Shown: positions 40,369-50,366 of the stretch, one piece after another | How positions within the stretch are numbered: position 1 is the stretch's first letter | Layout of the letters: each line of letters begins with the position of its first letter | NCBI GenBank assembly: GCA_016839815.1 | Contig: JAEOTM010000099.1 | Span: 1 to 61,031, forward strand | Source of the DNA: Candidatus Hodarchaeota archaeon | GTDB lineage: Archaea > Asgardarchaeota > Heimdallarchaeia > Hodarchaeales > Hodarchaeaceae | Direction of reading: 5' to 3' | Length of the DNA stretch: 61,031 nt | Translations under genes and position numbers: made by a program | The notes under the pieces: generated by a model | Seen by the model: the letters and a program-made list of their open reading frames with translations, nothing else | Databases searched by the model: none | What the model was told of the DNA's origin: nothing

Positions 40369-42675
40369 GTGATCTATATGAGTTCTAACAAAAACTTTGG
40401 TAAAGATCCCGCCCCCTCTGCAATTCGCTACTTAGTTTTGTTAAGTGCGTTGGTTTCAGGAGTAACCGCCCTTTCATTCCTTCCGAAATTAGCTGGTTCT
40501 AGCACGGCAGAATCAAACTTCTATGAAGGGGCTATTCCAGTTTTTGCTGTATTTGGACTAATTTCAATTGTTGAATGGTTTTTTTTAGGTCGCTCTCGAA
40601 GGATCAGGGGTCCTTATGGATTTGCACTCATAGTAGAGACATTAAAATTCGTAGCTTTAGGAATTGGGGAAAGAGAGTATACAAGAAATGTTGCTAGTGC
40701 ATCGACTGGAGATTTCCTTCTCCTCCAATTAACGACAATAGCAATTCTTGTAACGCTTGCTGCCACGAAATTTTTAAGAACCAGGATTGAGGAAATCGCG
40801 CAAAGAGACATAAGCCGACATATTCTTAATCTTTTACCAACCATTTTAGTGATCCTCCTTTTTATGGGAACTTATATAACTGAAATTGCGGGTCTTGGAA
40901 CACCCCGTCAGAGACGTGAATTTGATACATACACAGAAAAGGAAATTGATTGGAGAATGTTTAATACTCCCACCTGGGACGCTACATATATCTTAGAAAA
41001 TCTCTTAGATCAATTTACAGCTGGATTAAACGCTCCTAATGTGGTTTTATTTAATGTCACGAGTGACGACCCAGCTGATTCGACTGAACCACCTGCATAT
41101 TGGCGAATATCTAATCTGGACGAATATATATATACTAATAAACCCCCTTATACTACTGATTGGGATCCAAGTACATCTGTTAAAAGAGATACATTTACTT
41201 ACTCTAGTAGTGTACCAGCTGATTCTCGTACTGCACGATTCACCGTTGAAATGCCTTTGGATCACAATAGTACTACTGTTGATGTTACTATTCATCCGAG
41301 TTTTCCAAATATGTTACCTACCACTTGGAATGGTCCATTAGGATCCTATGTTGATTCTAATTCATTTAATCTGTATGATAGTAATGATAGCTCTTTATCT
41401 CTTGTAAATCCAGCTTCAGAGCAAGCAAAAGAAGTCTTTCCTAACGCTGATCCTTCTGATTTTTTTGGAGTGTATGCAAACCTGCAGGTTTCAGAAACAT
41501 CGACTGAAGCTGGCCGTTTTGAATATACTATGGACTATCAGACTCCAGATATTCAAACAGCAGCAGCCTTTTCTTTATCCCGAACAGAAACAGCTTATTT
41601 AGACTGTATCGATCCTGTTACTTGGGAATCGATTAAATCTCGTTATCTTCAGCTTCCAGAGATAGTTCCTGATGGATACGATAATTATACTCATTGGGCA
41701 CCTACTGTTCTTGAAACCGCACAGGATTGGAATGATTCACTACAGACAGTCTTCGGGCAAGCTTATGCGAATATGTTAAAATTTGGAAATCAGGATAATT
41801 TTACTTTTGATCAGAACATGTGGCTTACTAATCAGGTTGCAGGTGATGATCTGATGGATCATCCAGCTCCATATGAAGATTATAATGAATGGTTCATTAA
41901 TCGAGGTAGTGGAGTATCCTTACATTTTGCTTCAGCATATACTATCATTAATCGACTACAAAATATTCCTTCCCGTGTGGTCATTGGCTATTTAGCAGGT
42001 AATGACTCTTATGTTTATAATGGAAAACGGGCAGTGACCTCTCGCTTCTTACACGCATGGTCAGAAGTATTGGTACCCATAGATCCTAATCCTCTATTTA
42101 ATGGGGATGAACGGCTAGAATGGATGAGCTTTGATCCACTCTTAAGCCAATTAGCCGAGGAATATGGGTATGATCTCCCTTCAGATATTATTCCACCGTC
42201 TAGTGACGAACAGACGACTTTTATCAGCGCAGACTATGATTTGGAAGCAAATGGAGTAGCCGGAGCCTATGCTGATGATTTAACTGCTAGAGCAACTGGA
42301 GATTGGATTTTTGGCCGTTGTAGAGTAAATAACAGTGAGTGGGGCCCAGGAACAACTCTTAATGATAGCGATTTTGTCTATGTATCTACACGCCTAATTA
42401 TCGTTCCTTCTATAGCTACTTGGTTACCTATTGGTAATGCTACAATAGATTTCTATGTGGCAACCACAACCGAGAACATAACGGGTACCCCAGAAGAAAA
42501 TGGAACATTTATAGGTACAGCAATCACTGATCCGAATGGTAGAGTTACACTACCCCTAACAATCAGTATTGCGCTCATTGGACCCAGAGATGTCAACTTT
42601 TATGCAATTGTTCGAGTAGGGGCAACATTGGTTAGAAAAATTGCTGTGTCGTACTCCTATACCATTTCTTTCTAG
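40369..42675 (+). CDS. Membrane protein with extracellular transglutaminase-like (TgpA-type) domain
   Basis: About 5 N-terminal TM segments; GVSLHFASA, IPSRVVIGY, HAWSEV, WMSFDP. Confidence 0.8.
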   Translation: MIYMSSNKNFGKDPAPSAIRYLVLLSALVSGVTALSFLPKLAGSSTAESNFYEGAIPVFAVFGLISIVEWFFLGRSRRIRGPYGFALIVETLKFVALGIGEREYTRNVASASTGDFLLLQLTTIAILVTLAATKFLRTRIEEIAQRDISRHILNLLPTILVILLFMGTYITEIAGLGTPRQRREFDTYTEKEIDWRMFNTPTWDATYILENLLDQFTAGLNAPNVVLFNVTSDDPADSTEPPAYWRISNLDEYIYTNKPPYTTDWDPSTSVKRDTFTYSSSVPADSRTARFTVEMPLDHNSTTVDVTIHPSFPNMLPTTWNGPLGSYVDSNSFNLYDSNDSSLSLVNPASEQAKEVFPNADPSDFFGVYANLQVSETSTEAGRFEYTMDYQTPDIQTAAAFSLSRTETAYLDCIDPVTWESIKSRYLQLPEIVPDGYDNYTHWAPTVLETAQDWNDSLQTVFGQAYANMLKFGNQDNFTFDQNMWLTNQVAGDDLMDHPAPYEDYNEWFINRGSGVSLHFASAYTIINRLQNIPSRVVIGYLAGNDSYVYNGKRAVTSRFLHAWSEVLVPIDPNPLFNGDERLEWMSFDPLLSQLAEEYGYDLPSDIIPPSSDEQTTFISADYDLEANGVAGAYADDLTARATGDWIFGRCRVNNSEWGPGTTLNDSDFVYVSTRLIIVPSIATWLPIGNATIDFYVATTTENITGTPEENGTFIGTAITDPNGRVTLPLTISIALIGPRDVNFYAIVRVGATLVRKIAVSYSYTISF

Positions 42676-42944
42676 GAGTAAGGCAGAAGTACCCAATTAT
42701 TTGAGTTAAGACTACTTAAAAACTAGATTTTCGGGTTATTGATTCGTATACATAGAAGTAAAAACTTTTGAGTCCCAAGATGTCCCATTTCGCTTGAATA
42801 ACTTCTGATAAGAATTCCACGAAATAATCAATACATATAAATATAAGGCAAATTTAGATGATTTAATAGATATACTTGAGTATAATGGTAGAAAACACCA
42901 AACCAAGTAAATATCTTTTAACATTAATGGAGTACGACTAAATT

Positions 42945-43244
42945 ATGTCTAAAGATAAAGTCTATGGATATGGAATATCTATAATTACAATAATATTACT
43001 TCTCTTATACACATGGTTTTTACCAATCCAAAATTACTTCCCTGATTTTCTACAGGATCTAAATATTCTAAATGTGACAGTAACTGACGCATTATTGTGG
43101 CCAGTTTACTTGGCAACCTTAATGGTTGGGTTCATCATCGCTTGGATTGGAATAACTATGGCAACCACTCCACCTCCAGAGCCTATTGATCTCGATGATC
43201 TAAACCTAGAAGATGAAGATTTCGACGAAGAAGAGAAAGACTGA
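42945..43244 (+). CDS. Small 2-TM membrane protein with acidic tail
   Basis: Two hydrophobic segments, WIGITMATTPPPEPI, D/E-rich C-terminus. Confidence 0.75.
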   Translation: MSKDKVYGYGISIITIILLLLYTWFLPIQNYFPDFLQDLNILNVTVTDALLWPVYLATLMVGFIIAWIGITMATTPPPEPIDLDDLNLEDEDFDEEEKD

Positions 43245-43288
43245 AAACTAAGATCCTAATTTCTCTTTTTCTAGTTTTTAATTTTTTT

Positions 43289-44326
43289 TTATATTTCAGG
43301 ATCTGGAATTCCTAGAAGGTTATCTAACATATTTGGGAAATAAATAGCTATCAAAAATAACAAAACGATTATCATACCCGTGATCAATAATTGTTTGTCT
43401 AAAAATAACCTTTCAGCTTTTCGACTTGCGGCCGTATTCTTAGAGGTTAAGAATAGAAACCGAAAAAAGAGAAACGTTATCAATGGTAATGCACCAACAA
43501 TAAACACGGTTTCTTTCGGATGTTTATCAATTAAGTAGATAAAAATCGCCAGCATCTCAATCGCTATTATCGTTGAGAGGCTTTGATTTAGTAATTCGGG
43601 AGTATAACTCGAAAAGACGCCTTTATGCATTTGAGCTTCATCTCCAAGAAAAGAGAGATCTCCTATACGTTTTGCTATAGAAAGCATCATTGCTGTAATA
43701 AAACAGAGAATTATCAACCAAGGAGAGACTGATACTGAGATCAATACTGCTCCAGCAATCGCTCGCCAAACATAATTTACTGATATTGTTATAACATCAG
43801 CGAAAACTATCTCTTTAAGAAAAAGGGAATATGCTTGACTAGTAAAAAATAAGCCTATTATCACTAATGTAAAGGCTTTTATTGAAGGTCCAAATATTGT
43901 TGCTTCTTGGATTTCTTCCCCTTCTATCGTAAAAAGGTATACTGGAGAAGAATTACTTGGAAGAAGGAAAATTAACCCAGAAATTATAAGTGCCAAGACA
44001 ATCATTAATATAATCGCTTCACTACGCGAAATCTTACCCGAGGGTAAAGGACGATGTGATTTTTCTGGATGATGACGATCTTTTTCAATATCTCGAAAAT
44101 CATTAATGATGTAATTTAGCGAAGAAACCAAACAAAGGATAATGAAAGCAATTACAATTGGAATCCACAAATCTACCCGAACTAAATTCCGAGAAAAAAA
44201 TAAACCAAAAAATACAAGGAGGTTCTTATAGTATTGATGAGGTCGAAAAAGCGCAATAATGGCTTTCAAACGTTGAGTAATGGAATAATGTGGATCTTGA
44301 CTTGTGTTTGATGTATTATTATTCAA
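43289..44326 (-). CDS. UbiA-family prenyltransferase (decaprenyl-phosphate phosphoribosyltransferase-like)
   Basis: RPHQYYKNLLVF, YIINDFRDIEKDRHHPEKSHRPLPSG, AYSLFLKE. Confidence 0.85.
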   Translation of the reverse strand: MNNNTSNTSQDPHYSITQRLKAIIALFRPHQYYKNLLVFFGLFFSRNLVRVDLWIPIVIAFIILCLVSSLNYIINDFRDIEKDRHHPEKSHRPLPSGKISRSEAIILMIVLALIISGLIFLLPSNSSPVYLFTIEGEEIQEATIFGPSIKAFTLVIIGLFFTSQAYSLFLKEIVFADVITISVNYVWRAIAGAVLISVSVSPWLIILCFITAMMLSIAKRIGDLSFLGDEAQMHKGVFSSYTPELLNQSLSTIIAIEMLAIFIYLIDKHPKETVFIVGALPLITFLFFRFLFLTSKNTAASRKAERLFLDKQLLITGMIIVLLFLIAIYFPNMLDNLLGIPDPEI

Positions 44327-44379
44327 ACAGGTTTTCTCCTTGTGAGTTTAATGTCAATTTAAAAGCAGTGTAAGCTGAT

Positions 44380-44748
44380 TTACTCCTTACTATGTTGAAG
44401 CAGTTCAAAAAGCACCATACCTGGATCTAGATCATCTCCTATCGCAGCTAAGGTATTTTCCATATCGATTCGCAATACAACAAGATAACGGTTGGCCCGG
44501 CCTTCTTTCGCAACTATTCCCCGATTGTTTTTCATGACCATCTCATAAATCTCATCATTGGCCAATCTAATTGGCATTGCGATCTCTGATTCCATCACAG
44601 CTTGAATATTGGATTTAATAATAGCATTCACGAACGATTCCTGTCCAATCCGCTCAACAGCTTCGTAGTTTTTACTAAAATGTATTAAAGCTTTTAATTC
44701 CAGCTCATCCTGGATAGCGTTAAGTGTGATTGGCGTTTTCTGGGACAT
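44380..44748 (-). CDS. Hypothetical protein
   Basis: 122-aa ORF, ATG start, protein-like composition. Confidence 0.65.
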   Translation of the reverse strand: MSQKTPITLNAIQDELELKALIHFSKNYEAVERIGQESFVNAIIKSNIQAVMESEIAMPIRLANDEIYEMVMKNNRGIVAKEGRANRYLVVLRIDMENTLAAIGDDLDPGMVLFELLQHSKE

Positions 44749-44808
44749 CTTCGTTCCATTAACCTAAAAAAATCCTAAAATTTTAATTTTTCTTAGGAGT
44801 GAAACTAT

Positions 44809-45243
44809 GTGAAACACCTCAGTGCTTTTCAAACTGCAGAATTGATTTTAATTCCCCTCACTTTCTTCTTCAGCCAAATAATAATTATCTTATTCGGATT
44901 AGAAATAATAGGTGAAAATACATGGATTCTTATGGGGATTCCGATTGGGATTGGGGTTTTAGTTGCCATAGTCCTCCTAGTAGTTGTAAATAACGCTGTT
45001 ACAATAAATGAATTTCGTCAACTCGAGGTAATGTTTAGGATAATTACGATTATTGGAGGGATTTTATTTATTCTAATTTTAGGTATTCAAATCGTATTTC
45101 AAATTACTGGGATTCTAATATTTTCTCTCCTCACCCTCGTAATTTCCATCATCGGAGATATAATGACTTTTCAGTGTATTTCCTTTCTATTGAGATACAT
45201 ACTTACTCAGGATCATTTAGAATTATCCGAGCATCAACAATAG
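44809..45243 (+). CDS. Hypothetical 4-TM membrane protein
   Basis: Four hydrophobic segments; AGGAG upstream. Confidence 0.6.
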   Translation: MKHLSAFQTAELILIPLTFFFSQIIIILFGLEIIGENTWILMGIPIGIGVLVAIVLLVVVNNAVTINEFRQLEVMFRIITIIGGILFILILGIQIVFQITGILIFSLLTLVISIIGDIMTFQCISFLLRYILTQDHLELSEHQQ

Positions 45244-45907
45244 TAACCCCTTTTTCTGTAGCAAATATAGGATTAAGGTCTAATTCTTCTATTTGAGGAA
45301 GATCGTTGATAAAATCTGAGGTTTTTAGAAGGAGCTCAATTAATGCTTTTTTATCAACTGCTGGTTGACCACGAATACCATCCAGAATTTTTGTGGCTTT
45401 GATCTCTGAAATCATTTCAGTAGCATCTTCACGTTCTATTGGTATTAGCCTGAAAACGACATCTTTTAGAACTTCGACATAAATTCCTCCCAAACCGAAA
45501 GCTAAAATTGGTCCAAACATTGGATCTTGAGTAGAACCAATTAATAATTCGATGCCTGACTCCATTTTTTCTATTAGATAGCCTTCAATATGAGCATCAG
45601 GAAGAAATTTTGCGATTTTTTCTTGCATGGTGTTATATTGTTCTTGTAATTCCTCTACAGTTCTAATTCCAGTTACTACTCCTCCTACATCAGATTTATG
45701 AATTATATCTTCTGAACTAACTTTCAAAACCAACGGAAAACCTATTTTTTCAGCTTCTGCAATTATTTCTTCCAATGATTGTCCGTATCCTGTTGGATTA
45801 ACAGGAAATCCTTCAATTTTAAGGATTGTTTTCGCTTCTTGTACAGTTAAGACTTTTCTTTTCTGTTGTAGGGCGGAATCAAAGATTTTTTTCGCTTCAG
45901 ACATCAT
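45203..45907 (-). CDS. acdB: ADP-forming acyl-CoA synthetase beta subunit (ATP-grasp)
   Basis: GFPLVLKVSS..IIHKSDVGGV, DPMFGP, FGLGGIYVEVLKDV, ELDLNP, VDAR. Confidence 0.9.
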   Translation of the reverse strand: MMSEAKKIFDSALQQKRKVLTVQEAKTILKIEGFPVNPTGYGQSLEEIIAEAEKIGFPLVLKVSSEDIIHKSDVGGVVTGIRTVEELQEQYNTMQEKIAKFLPDAHIEGYLIEKMESGIELLIGSTQDPMFGPILAFGLGGIYVEVLKDVVFRLIPIEREDATEMISEIKATKILDGIRGQPAVDKKALIELLLKTSDFINDLPQIEELDLNPIFATEKGVTIVDARIILNDPE

Positions 45908-46014
45908 CTTTCCTTCTTACTATCTTCTTAGTCAATCATATGGATTATTTTATATCTTTTAGTAAAGTTGGTTTTCTGTGTTCCTACAGTAAATATTAGT
46001 TGAGTCTGAATGAA

Positions 46015-46914
46015 TTACCTCAAACCTATTGTAAGCAACTCAGAAACGCCTAAAATTTGATTTTTCTTGTCTGATATTCCTTTCAGAATCATAATAAATT
46101 CATCCTTATTAGAGGGAATGTTTATTTGATCATTCACAATTGAATAAATTGCAGATTTTGTCCCGAGACTTCTAACTCCTGCTAAAATCAACACCCACTT
46201 GTTTGTATGATGGGGATTGCGAAAAACTGCTATTAAAGCCTGACTTGGTTCCGAAAACTCATCGTTCTCGGATACAATTTTATTTTCCGTGAAATAAACG
46301 TTGAATTTCTGCTTCAGTGTTTTATTATAATAAGCAGTTAAATCATTCGTAATATGGCCCCCTATTAAAATCAAGTTCTTTGGGGGGAGGGATTTCTTTG
46401 ATATGTACTCTAAATCTGTAATGACGAGTTCAGACACTGGAGTTTGTACGGTACTTGCTAAGTGAGAGCCAAGATACCAGCACAATTCGCCCACGAGATG
46501 TCCATCTCGAGAAATTGCATCATAATGTCCATGAGGCACTGAACTTCCAACTATAATTCGAGCTTCGAATGAATGTGACGTACAGAAACGTGGAAATATT
46601 AATTTGTTATATACTGACTCATCTAGATTTGATTTATCATTTAGTAGTGTAAGTATGAAATCTGTGGCTACAGGTCTGAGTAGCTTCGCTCTTCCTTGTT
46701 TGATCGAACGTACTCCCTGAAACTCTATTAACCCAGCCTGACGTAACTGGGCAAGATGATAATGAATTTTTGATTCAGAAACTTTCAAACTTATTGCTAA
46801 CTGCTTTGCGTAACTAGATTTCTGTTGGATTAGAAGTTTCATGATTTTCCAACGCAATCCGTGGGATAGAACCATTGCTTGTTTAGGATCAATTAAATAA
46901 CGAGATTTTTTCAT
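46015..46914 (-). CDS. ArsR-like winged-HTH transcriptional regulator with C-terminal alpha/beta domain
   Basis: LRWKIMKLL...AKQLA...KIHYHLAQLRQAGLI; NLILIGG; divergent from glmS. Confidence 0.8.
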   Translation of the reverse strand: MKKSRYLIDPKQAMVLSHGLRWKIMKLLIQQKSSYAKQLAISLKVSESKIHYHLAQLRQAGLIEFQGVRSIKQGRAKLLRPVATDFILTLLNDKSNLDESVYNKLIFPRFCTSHSFEARIIVGSSVPHGHYDAISRDGHLVGELCWYLGSHLASTVQTPVSELVITDLEYISKKSLPPKNLILIGGHITNDLTAYYNKTLKQKFNVYFTENKIVSENDEFSEPSQALIAVFRNPHHTNKWVLILAGVRSLGTKSAIYSIVNDQINIPSNKDEFIMILKGISDKKNQILGVSELLTIGLR

Positions 46915-47245
46915 CAGTTTAACTCCAATCGTACTCAGAGAAACAATAAGATATCAAAAGAACTGCCTCTAAAAAAACTGACTCAAATATATCTAGAATA
47001 GAATCGGTCTAAAATGAATAGTATGTGTCATTTTTACAATAGGAATTCATTAATAATGAATACAGTGTTAATGGGGCATATTCTCTTAAGGATAACTAGA
47101 ATGATTTCTTAAACTGTTTTGATTCGATTATCTACTTCAAGTGAATCTTAAGATAAGACATTTAAATATCGAATATTGTAGATTGTACTGTCAGAATAAT
47201 TTTTATCCATTATACTTATCTCAATTCTGGGTGGAACTACTATCT

Positions 47246-49075
47246 ATGTGTGGAATCATCGCTATCACTACTCGCAAAAAAACCAATGTTTCAAAAATGA
47301 TCACCTCAGGCTTGAAAAGACTTGAGTACCGAGGGTATGACAGTGTCGGGATTGCAACTATCAGTGAGGGAAAAATTCAGACAATGAAAGATGCAGGTAC
47401 TATTGATGATGTAACAAGTAGATACTCTTTTGAATCTCTTCAGGGGAGTACTGGAATCGGACATACCCGATGGGCTACCCATGGTCCGCCAACAAGAATT
47501 AATGCCCATCCTCATGCTGATTGCACAAATTCATTAATGGTAGTTCATAATGGAATCATCGATAACTATCTATCTCTCAGAAATGATCTAAAAAAACAAG
47601 GTCATAAGTTTAAATCAGAAACGGATACTGAAGTTCTGGCACATTTAATTGAAGAAGAATTTAAGTTTGAAAAAGGGCCAAATGCCGTAATCAATTCCTT
47701 TAAAAAAGCACTATCAAAGATAGAAGGTACCTATGCCATCACCTTAATCCATACAGCCGATCCTACAAAAATATTCTTAGCCCGTAAAGATAGTCCACTT
47801 GTTATAGGAGTACATGAAGACACAAAATTTGCTGCGAGTGATATACCTGCTTTCTTGGAATATACAAAAAGTGCTATTGTACTAAAAAATGGTGAAGTTG
47901 CCACATTAACACCAGAGGCAGTTTATATAGAAAAAAATGGATTTAGAGTGCAACCAAAGCCATTTATTGTATCTTGGACTGCAGAAAGTGCACAAAAAAG
48001 CGGATATCCTCATTTTATGTTAAAAGAAATTCATGAACAACCTATCGCTCTGCAAAATACATTAAGCGTAAATACTGACGCCCTTGAACAAGCTACAAGA
48101 AGAATTCTTGATGCAAAGAAAGTAATCTTCCTCGCCGCTGGGACTAGTTATCATGCAGGACTTACTAGTTATTACCAATTTCAGCGACTTCTGAAACAAA
48201 AACCAATATATCCAATTATTGCATCAGAGTATGAAACCTATGAGCATTTAATTGATGAAGAAACGTGTATTCTTGCTGTAAGCCAATCTGGTGAAACATT
48301 AGACGTGATGAAAGGGCTTACTTCAGCGAGAAAAGCAGGGGCAAAAATTATATCAATAGCAAATGTCATTGATTCTTCAATTCCTAGATTGAGTCAAGTG
48401 GCTCTTTACACAAAAGCTGGACCAGAGATCGGGGTTGCAGCTACGAAAACTCATACTGCACAAGTTGCCTTACTCGTAAGATTAGCATTAGAGCTTGAAT
48501 TTTCATTAGATACATGGACTCAGAAGGAATTTTCATCTATTATTACTGATTTTACCTCAGAGGTTCCAACCATTGCACGAACTGTCATAAATCAGAACGA
48601 ATTTAAATCTAAACAGCTAGCCGCTCACATAGCAAATCAAAATCATTCATATTTCCTCGCGAGAGGTAGAAATTTGCCAATTGCAATGGAAGGCGCCTTG
48701 AAATTAAAAGAAATTTCTTATATTCATGCTGAAGCTTTTCCTGCAGGAGAAAGTAAGCATGGCCCAATAGCTATTGTAGAACCTAATTTTCCCGTCTTTG
48801 TAATATCCCCAAGGGATGAAACAACCAAAAAGATGTTAAGTAATTCTGAAGAAATGAAAGCCCGTGGGGGATACATTATTTCTATTACTCATAAAGATCA
48901 AGAACTCGTGGGAAGGTCTGATCAAAGTTTTCTTATTCCTAAGTCCAGTACCCCATTAGTTACGCCCATCTCATATGTTATTCCACTGCAAATGATATCC
49001 TACTATGCCGCAGTTCAGCGTGGCTTCGATCCTGATAAACCCAAAAATCTAGCAAAAACTGTTACGGTAGAATAA
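47246..49075 (+). CDS. glmS: Glutamine--fructose-6-phosphate aminotransferase
   Basis: Start moved to MCGII (catalytic Cys2); LEYRGYDS, HTRWATHG, SQSGET, KNLAKTVTVE. Confidence 0.97.
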   Translation: MCGIIAITTRKKTNVSKMITSGLKRLEYRGYDSVGIATISEGKIQTMKDAGTIDDVTSRYSFESLQGSTGIGHTRWATHGPPTRINAHPHADCTNSLMVVHNGIIDNYLSLRNDLKKQGHKFKSETDTEVLAHLIEEEFKFEKGPNAVINSFKKALSKIEGTYAITLIHTADPTKIFLARKDSPLVIGVHEDTKFAASDIPAFLEYTKSAIVLKNGEVATLTPEAVYIEKNGFRVQPKPFIVSWTAESAQKSGYPHFMLKEIHEQPIALQNTLSVNTDALEQATRRILDAKKVIFLAAGTSYHAGLTSYYQFQRLLKQKPIYPIIASEYETYEHLIDEETCILAVSQSGETLDVMKGLTSARKAGAKIISIANVIDSSIPRLSQVALYTKAGPEIGVAATKTHTAQVALLVRLALELEFSLDTWTQKEFSSIITDFTSEVPTIARTVINQNEFKSKQLAAHIANQNHSYFLARGRNLPIAMEGALKLKEISYIHAEAFPAGESKHGPIAIVEPNFPVFVISPRDETTKKMLSNSEEMKARGGYIISITHKDQELVGRSDQSFLIPKSSTPLVTPISYVIPLQMISYYAAVQRGFDPDKPKNLAKTVTVE

Positions 49076-49088
49076 TGTAAAGAGTTGC

Positions 49089-49415
49089 TTACCTATATAG
49101 TACGCGCTCTAGAGTTTTTGAGGACTTATCCTCTTCTATTTTATTTTCTTCTTCCTCTTGATCCATGGGGATTCGATAGAATTTATTTTCATTCCCCACT
49201 TGGACATAAATTGCTCCAGGATATTTATTTTTGTTATCCAATTTCTCTTTGAATTGTCCAAAGAACCGGATAATTTCGTCTTTTGTTTCAGAAACAGCTA
49301 TCACACGGCTTCCATAAAGCAATACCCATTTGCCTTTGCATATTGCCTTTCGTAGGAGAGCCTGCATACTCCAATATGATGCTTCTTCATGGAGAAAGTA
49401 ATCTAAAATCGTCAA
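49089..49415 (-). CDS. Hypothetical protein (DUF5678-like)
   Basis: KGKWVLLYGSRVIAVSET pattern; TTG start. Confidence 0.5.
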   Translation of the reverse strand: MTILDYFLHEEASYWSMQALLRKAICKGKWVLLYGSRVIAVSETKDEIIRFFGQFKEKLDNKNKYPGAIYVQVGNENKFYRIPMDQEEEENKIEEDKSSKTLERVLYR

Positions 49416-49619
49416 ACAATTGCATCCTTTTTCTTGATGAATTAATATCTGTCAAGAAAAAATCATGTTCCTCTTGAAATCTTAGGTTAAAAAAAGTTAT
49501 GGTTGAATGAAATAAAGATTAGAGGGGTTTATATCCTCAATTATTGATCAAAAGGTAGAGAAATCTATTTCTTATTAAAATTTCAAAAGGAAAAAAACAA
49601 AAATGAGCGATTCACGGAT

Positions 49620-50066
49620 CTAAATAGGTTCGAAGAGGATCCAGAAGTGGATAGCAAATCCAGTCAATATAGCCATGATAATCAAGCGAATTGTGGTTCC
49701 AATGATGCGTTCTCTTATTGTTCGTTCCTTACTGGTCTCTACGAAGAAAATTAACCAGAAAACCGAAAATATCCCACCAAATGAAAATATGAGTGCCAAC
49801 GGGTAATAAAGTCCTTCATCGATAAATGGAATCCACCCAGAGAATTCATCTTCACTAGTGGTGGTAGAGTTTGTTGTATCAGTATCATTTTGAAGAATAT
49901 TGAACGATATGGAGAAATCTAACATTTCAGTTTCTTCAATAGCAGGGATTTGGTTAGTATTTCCATTCTCCTGATGATGGGAAGTTACGGGAGTTATGAC
50001 AAATACTGTGAATAGAGTTAGTATAAAAAGACATATACCAATATGTCGAATACCCTTAGAGGTCAT
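49620..50066 (-). CDS. Hypothetical membrane protein (signal peptide plus 2 TM)
   Basis: Hydrophobic N-terminus, Thr-rich linker, two C-terminal TM segments. Confidence 0.7.
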   Translation of the reverse strand: MTSKGIRHIGICLFILTLFTVFVITPVTSHHQENGNTNQIPAIEETEMLDFSISFNILQNDTDTTNSTTTSEDEFSGWIPFIDEGLYYPLALIFSFGGIFSVFWLIFFVETSKERTIRERIIGTTIRLIIMAILTGFAIHFWILFEPI

Positions 50067-50277
50067 TGTTTTTCTTTACTCCAAGAATTAGGCTGAAGAA
50101 ATCGCCCTTTTCATCGAATCTTGCTTAAAAGCAGTTGTTTAAAAAAACTTACTTAATATTCCAGCTTCATTTATTTTTACATTAAACTGCTAAACTGAGG
50201 GGAAAAGAATAAAGAAAAATAATTAAATCTCCCTGATAGCCTTATTATTTTTAATTAACAATTTAAACAAAAATGAT

Positions 50278-50350
50278 GCGCTGATAGTCTAGTCTGGTAG
50301 GACTCCAGCCTTCCAAGCTGGCTGCCCGGGTTCAAATCCCGGTCGGCGCA
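50278..50350 (+). tRNA. tRNA-Gly(TCC), no intron, CCA not encoded
   Basis: Acceptor GCGCTGA/TCGGCGC; anticodon arm CCAGC-CT TCC AA-GCTGG; T-arm CCGGG-TTCAAAT-CCCGG. Confidence 0.96.
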
Positions 50351-50366
50351 TGTTTTAATTCTGAAT

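Noticed and set aside
47141-47245. N-terminal extension of GlmS
   Set aside because: GlmS needs Cys at the mature N-terminus, so the start is ATG 47246
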